A stretch of 62,938 nucleotides of DNA, the filler included, from Octopus bimaculoides (lineage: Eukaryota), in NCBI RefSeq assembly GCF_001194135.2. It is 4 parts of 4 records of this genome, joined end to end, with 100 filler letters (N's around TTAATTAATTAA, not from the genome) between each part and the next. Parts side by side here need not be neighbours in the genome. Positions count along the whole stretch, not along the records: positions 50,473 to 62,938 come from NC_068991.1; 3 more parts are not named here. One strand, given 5' to 3'. Shown here in pieces: positions 62,459 through 62,938 of this stretch. A program made the translations under genes and the position numbers. The notes beneath the pieces were generated by a model. It saw only the letters and a program-made list of their open reading frames with translations, made no database searches and was not told where the DNA came from. The stretch's first letter is position 1. Every line of letters starts with the position of its first letter.

Positions 62459-62550
62459 GTTGTGCTGTTGGTTGTGGTGGTGGTGGTGATGGTGGCGGTG
62501 GTGATGGTGGTGGTGGTGATGGTGGTGGTGGTGATGGTGGTGGTGGTGGG
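62459..62550. repeat. (GGT)n/(GAT) triplet array
   Basis: Directly visible; a similar array lies at 51195-51300. Confidence 0.9.
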
Positions 62551-62938
62551 GATACTGAGAAACACGCAGACAAGAATTAACGAAAATATAAATATGTTAC
62601 AGCTATGACATTTACCAAATATTAAAAAAGAAAGAAAAAAAAGATCTTAGTACAGAAATTATATATTTTTATTATTTTGTGGAAGAGAAAGAGAGGGAGG
62701 GGGAGAGAAGTGAGAGAGAGAGAGAGGTGAGAGAGAAAGAGTGTGTGTGTGTGTGTGTGTGTTAGTATGTGTGTGCACGCGCGAACGCTGTGTGTGTGGA
62801 CGAAGAGTTCTTTTAACTTTTGATATTTCAAAGAATTTTCATTAAAATTTTTATTTTTATTTTTATTTTATTTATTTACTTATTTATTTATCTGTTTATT
62901 TATTTTTCCCTGTGACCTGTGAAATATTCTTTTTCATC

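Overview
AT-rich, microsatellite-saturated animal draft assembly with many N gaps. The SINE families and repeat landscape suggest an octopus or other coleoid cephalopod, which is an inference. There is one confident protein-coding gene, an intronless adenosine-receptor-family GPCR (631-1656, +). The rest is largely decayed mobile DNA: three Tc1/mariner lineages (a mariner 5' end, a DD41D-type copy and a DD37D/maT-type copy), Tigger-like and other MITEs, CR1/L2-like, Tx1/L1-like, RTE and R4/Dong-like LINE fragments, a Gypsy pol with its 3' LTR, a Penelope GIY-YIG fragment, a Helitron 3' end and over 20 copies of four tRNA-derived SINE families. The most notable unexplained signals are three type I hammerhead ribozyme motifs read from the sequence (one near-intact at 57468-57535), several long foldback inverted repeats (one with 203-bp arms and 3 mismatches), an RTE copy with a 5' inversion resembling twin priming, and a few candidate small exons of an unidentified host gene. 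Nearly all long ORFs in the supplied track are artefacts of N gaps or microsatellites. There is no CRISPR array, rRNA or genuine tRNA gene.
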